Shown: in pieces, positions 35,201 through 35,750 of the stretch
How the letters are laid out: the number at the start of each line of letters is the position of its first letter
Numbering within the stretch: position 1 is the stretch's first letter
IMG/VR virus record: IMGVR_UViG_3300044614_000224
Coordinates: 78,839-114,588 of that record
Strand: one strand, 5' to 3'
DNA: 35,750 nucleotides
Source: a virus
Taxonomy: Duplodnaviria > Heunggongvirae > Uroviricota > Caudoviricetes
Notes under the pieces: model-generated
Databases searched by the model: none
Told to the model about the DNA's origin: nothing
Seen by the model: the letters and a program-made list of their open reading frames with translations, nothing else
Program-made: the position numbers and the translations under genes

Positions 35201-35748
35201 AAACCTCCAACAACTGTTGACTGACCACCTGAAGCAGTATTAGAAGAACCTCCACCAACTGTTGCAAATGAAGCTGAGGCAATATTAAGGCGACCACCTG
35301 AAATTGTTGCAGCACAACAACCTGTAACACTATTACCTGCTCCACCACCAATAAAATTTATTTTACCTGCTGTTATACCATTTACTTCTCCCCCTCCAAT
35401 AGTATTTGAATAAGCTCCTGACGCTGTATTTTTATATCCTCCTGATACAGTAGAATATCCTGTTGAGGCAAAGTTACAAACACCTCCTCCTACAAATGTA
35501 TATATTGATGAAGAAATGTTCCCACTACCACCTCCTACAAAAGAACAAGCACCTGAAGCTGTATTTGAGCATCCTCCACCAACAAAAGAACGAGTACCTG
35601 AAGCAGCATTACCTATACCATTTCCTACAAAAGAATAATCTCCTGAAGCAACATTATTTACACCTGTTCCTATAAAAGATACGTTACCATTTGCTGTATT
35701 TGCACCACCATTACCTATGAAAGCATAATAAGTACCACTTGCTGTGTT
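29257..35748 (-). CDS. Giant repeat fibre/adhesin with a C-terminal peptidase S74 intramolecular chaperone; 5'-truncated by the window (at least 2163 aa)
   Basis: I checked codon by codon: no stop from 34945 to the window end, so the track's GTG start is internal. More than 100 15-aa repeats (N.ASG..ST[VI][GS]GG..). C-terminal ETSDCRLK, YGYIAQDVEKILPNAV, VDY and a terminal coiled coil. Confidence 0.88.
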   Translation of the reverse strand, partial: NTASGTYYAFIGNGGANTANGNVSFIGTGVNNVASGDYSFVGNGIGNAASGTRSFVGGGCSNTASGACSFVGGGSGNISSSIYTFVGGGVCNFASTGYSTVSGGYKNTASGAYSNTIGGGEVNGITAGKINFIGGGAGNSVTGCCAATISGGRLNIASASFATVGGGSSNTASGGQSTVVGGLSNIASGACSFVGGGQGNAGSGLWSTIGGGRTNTASGYASVVAGGQGNTSSSTYSSVGGGVSNRATGITSTVSGGYLNCAIAQNSTVAGGRLNCATVIYASVLGGNNSRATGEGAIVGGGGGNNASGCYTFIGGGGSNAASKPFATASGGNINTASGYSSTIGGGRCNTASGNCSTVSGGYLHTASGYMSTVGGGQQNTASGARATVSGGLTNTASGNCSTVGGGENNRALAIFNTIAGGSGNLICSNGLISTIGGGQSNTISNGYYANITGGYANLSTSNFNFVGGGRNNTASGGASTVSGSYNVSSATNSTVAGGQSNTASGGRSFVGGGVSNTASGGCSTIGGGCSNLASGNYSTISGGYDNTASAYLSFIGGGYFNISSCDSTVVGGGRNNTASGLQSTVGGGNGNTANNTRATVAGGQANTASGGQSTVVGGLSNTASGACSVAGGRAATASGYGSFVGGGNNNTASGGYAAVVAGASNTASGSGSFVGGGAGNVACNTRTTVSSGYGNVASALESAIVGGNSNRACGERAFVGAGISNVASANCSTIGGGQQNVASGAWSFIGGGNCNTANNNRSIVVGGLLNTSSGLYSTVGGGSYNTASGRYALVGGGSSNTSSAYGSTVSGGYKNCVINTNATIGGGLCNFICNATADICSAGATIAGGVGNNTSGGTWNGCRFNNPPTAFYAAGRLSFIGGGFQNRATGFASTVGGGCLNISSGTIATVSGGWSNCATNTRSTVGGGVSNTASGYAATISGGQSNTASNNYTVVSGGLSNAATGFTTTVGGGRQNSATSDDATVGGGLANTASAYRSTVSGGRSNTATATHATVGGGYLNCALACATTIGGGQSNSVSGSCSIIGGGQINVVASGHSFLGGGKCNNIFVAAEYGTLSGGYYNTVENYGSTVSGGLYNNAVNQYSTIGGGYDNCTTGYMAVVSGGRINFASGCYATVAGGCGSIASGYTSVAAGFANNASGNYAGSLSGSFNTASGTESIISGGASNIASGGVSTVGGGQSNTASGAFSFIGGGCVNVANSTNSTVGGGRNNRACATFATISGGYANVSSGDSSTVSGGFINTASGACSTIGGGFTNTASGSSSVISGGYCNRAITTYTASFGGAFNLACGYNSSAQGYSSTASGYASGVGWSWGSTASGVRSYIGGGISNTASGNCSFIGGGDTHTASGNWSVIGGGYNNTTSNSYAFIGAGWRNQALAYASTVSGGYCGRAGGLVSTVGGGSYNYICSSVAQCCVTGATIAGGVGGNTTGGTFNPAFGYFTSPPAVCNAGQYSFIGGGFQNRATEAQSTIGGGRGNIASGHTSTIGGGGSNQATSCFSTVAGGRENVASTNFYSSILGGYGNTASGYVATIGGGWFNVASGAMSTVVGGRANTASGGCSTVSGGASNTASGYISAIVGGITNISSGNYAFIGAGSNNRALGLQSSVSGGYSNAANSNYSTISGGYDNTASGIVSSVLGGQTNTASGGHAIVGGGQLNTASGACSFIGGGGGAGAGSNVASGSHSTIAGGCGNRAVGYASIAAGGREVYACADYATASGGISARALGACSVVGGGSGNNATGVASTVVGGATNTASGACSFVGGGLGNSATNVFGFVGGGCGNSALTLGSVVVGGYNNIATGPYKAAVVGGNGNTVSGYYSFIGAGYNNCICGVYASTISGGYQNKISAGCRGTIGGGQGNVVSGAWATIAGGIVNTASGQSSTIGGGETHVATGAFSFIGGGRLNGAGQDDAVVGGGLQNVASGVRSGTFSGRYGTASGQNSVVAGGISNTASGACSIVGGGSGNIASNFYSTVSGGLSNTSSGCHSFVGGGNNNTSSGIYSSLLGGKNVTVSGAYSGGGGVCYTGSANSTFYWNNFCAISCMFATAFFETSDCRLKNVHNTFSAYDGINFANFSWKSDKENKSCYGYIAQDVEKILPNAVHNNIEGYKQVDYNQVNTYKLAKLEERIAKLEAIIKKYES
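33863..33932. repeat. 70-bp near-identical direct repeat, copy A, inside the fibre gene
   Basis: 69/70 identical to 35174-35243 by manual alignment. Confidence 0.85.
35174..35243. repeat. 70-bp near-identical direct repeat, copy B, inside the fibre gene
   Basis: 69/70 identical to 33863-33932; the single difference is G33881 vs A35192. Confidence 0.85.
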
Positions 35749-35750
35749 AT

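Noticed and set aside
33863-35243. Possible DGR template/variable repeat pair
   Set aside because: Only one mismatch, both copies are inside the same coding frame, there is no adenine-specific divergence pattern and no reverse transcriptase in the window.
626-35675. Many short ORFs in the track on the opposite strand or in alternative frames (e.g. 626..811, 7495..7689, 9537..9908, 11377..11631, 14475..14708, 17386..17787, 20356..20625, 33557..33781, 34995..35243)
   Set aside because: They are shadows of longer, motif-bearing genes; their odd Val/Leu-rich composition mirrors the low-complexity sense strand.
29600-35750. 45-bp periodicity resembling a CRISPR or tandem-repeat array
   Set aside because: The units are degenerate codon-level repeats in one open frame; there is no invariant repeat with unique spacers and no cas genes.
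1-35750. Stop-codon reassignment, as seen in some Bacteroidota phages
   Set aside because: Recognisable genes are full length under code 11, and TAG and TGA terminate genes at sensible junctions.
1-35750. tRNA, rRNA, integrase or transposase
   Set aside because: Intergenic gaps are short; I saw no cloverleaf-like sequence and no recombinase or transposase motifs.

Overview
This is a segment of a large, AT-rich tailed dsDNA phage genome with a Bacteroidota host. Host evidence: six TT(T)G-N19/20-TAnnTTTG promoters, A-rich start contexts without Shine-Dalgarno motifs, Gln after predicted signal-peptide cleavage sites, a T9SS-CTD-like domain and D-S/T-X glycosylation sequons. The + strand at 1-7262 carries nucleotide and recombination genes (class II RNR nrdJ, recA, dUTPase, HNH), a GroES-like co-chaperonin and a GT2-acyltransferase-GT2 block, closed by a bidirectional terminator. 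The - strand at 7297-22413 carries an array of small Lys-rich proteins with a shared N-terminal motif, a ferritin/Dps-like protein, Thr-tailed proteins flanking a plant-GT95/96-like O-glycosyltransferase, a cell-envelope cassette (two CsgG-like paralogues, a cohesin-dockerin protein, a stand-alone T9SS-CTD-like lipoprotein, a beta-barrel) and a lysis module with a GH19 endolysin. 22473-25859 (+) is a 1128-aa fusion: methyltransferase / GT-A / GT4 / TibC-AAH-type heptosyltransferase. 25825-28325 (-) is an operon of GT9-like, sulfotransferase, APS kinase and HxGH nucleotidyltransferase genes. The window ends in a >2160-aa fibre gene with 15-residue Gly/Ser repeats and a C-terminal S74 chaperone; it runs off the right edge. 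The strongest candidate novel systems are (i) a phage-encoded protein glycosylation/sulfation toolkit with apparent substrates beside the enzymes and (ii) a CsgG/cohesin-dockerin envelope cassette. All family calls are motif recognition from memory; no database search was run.
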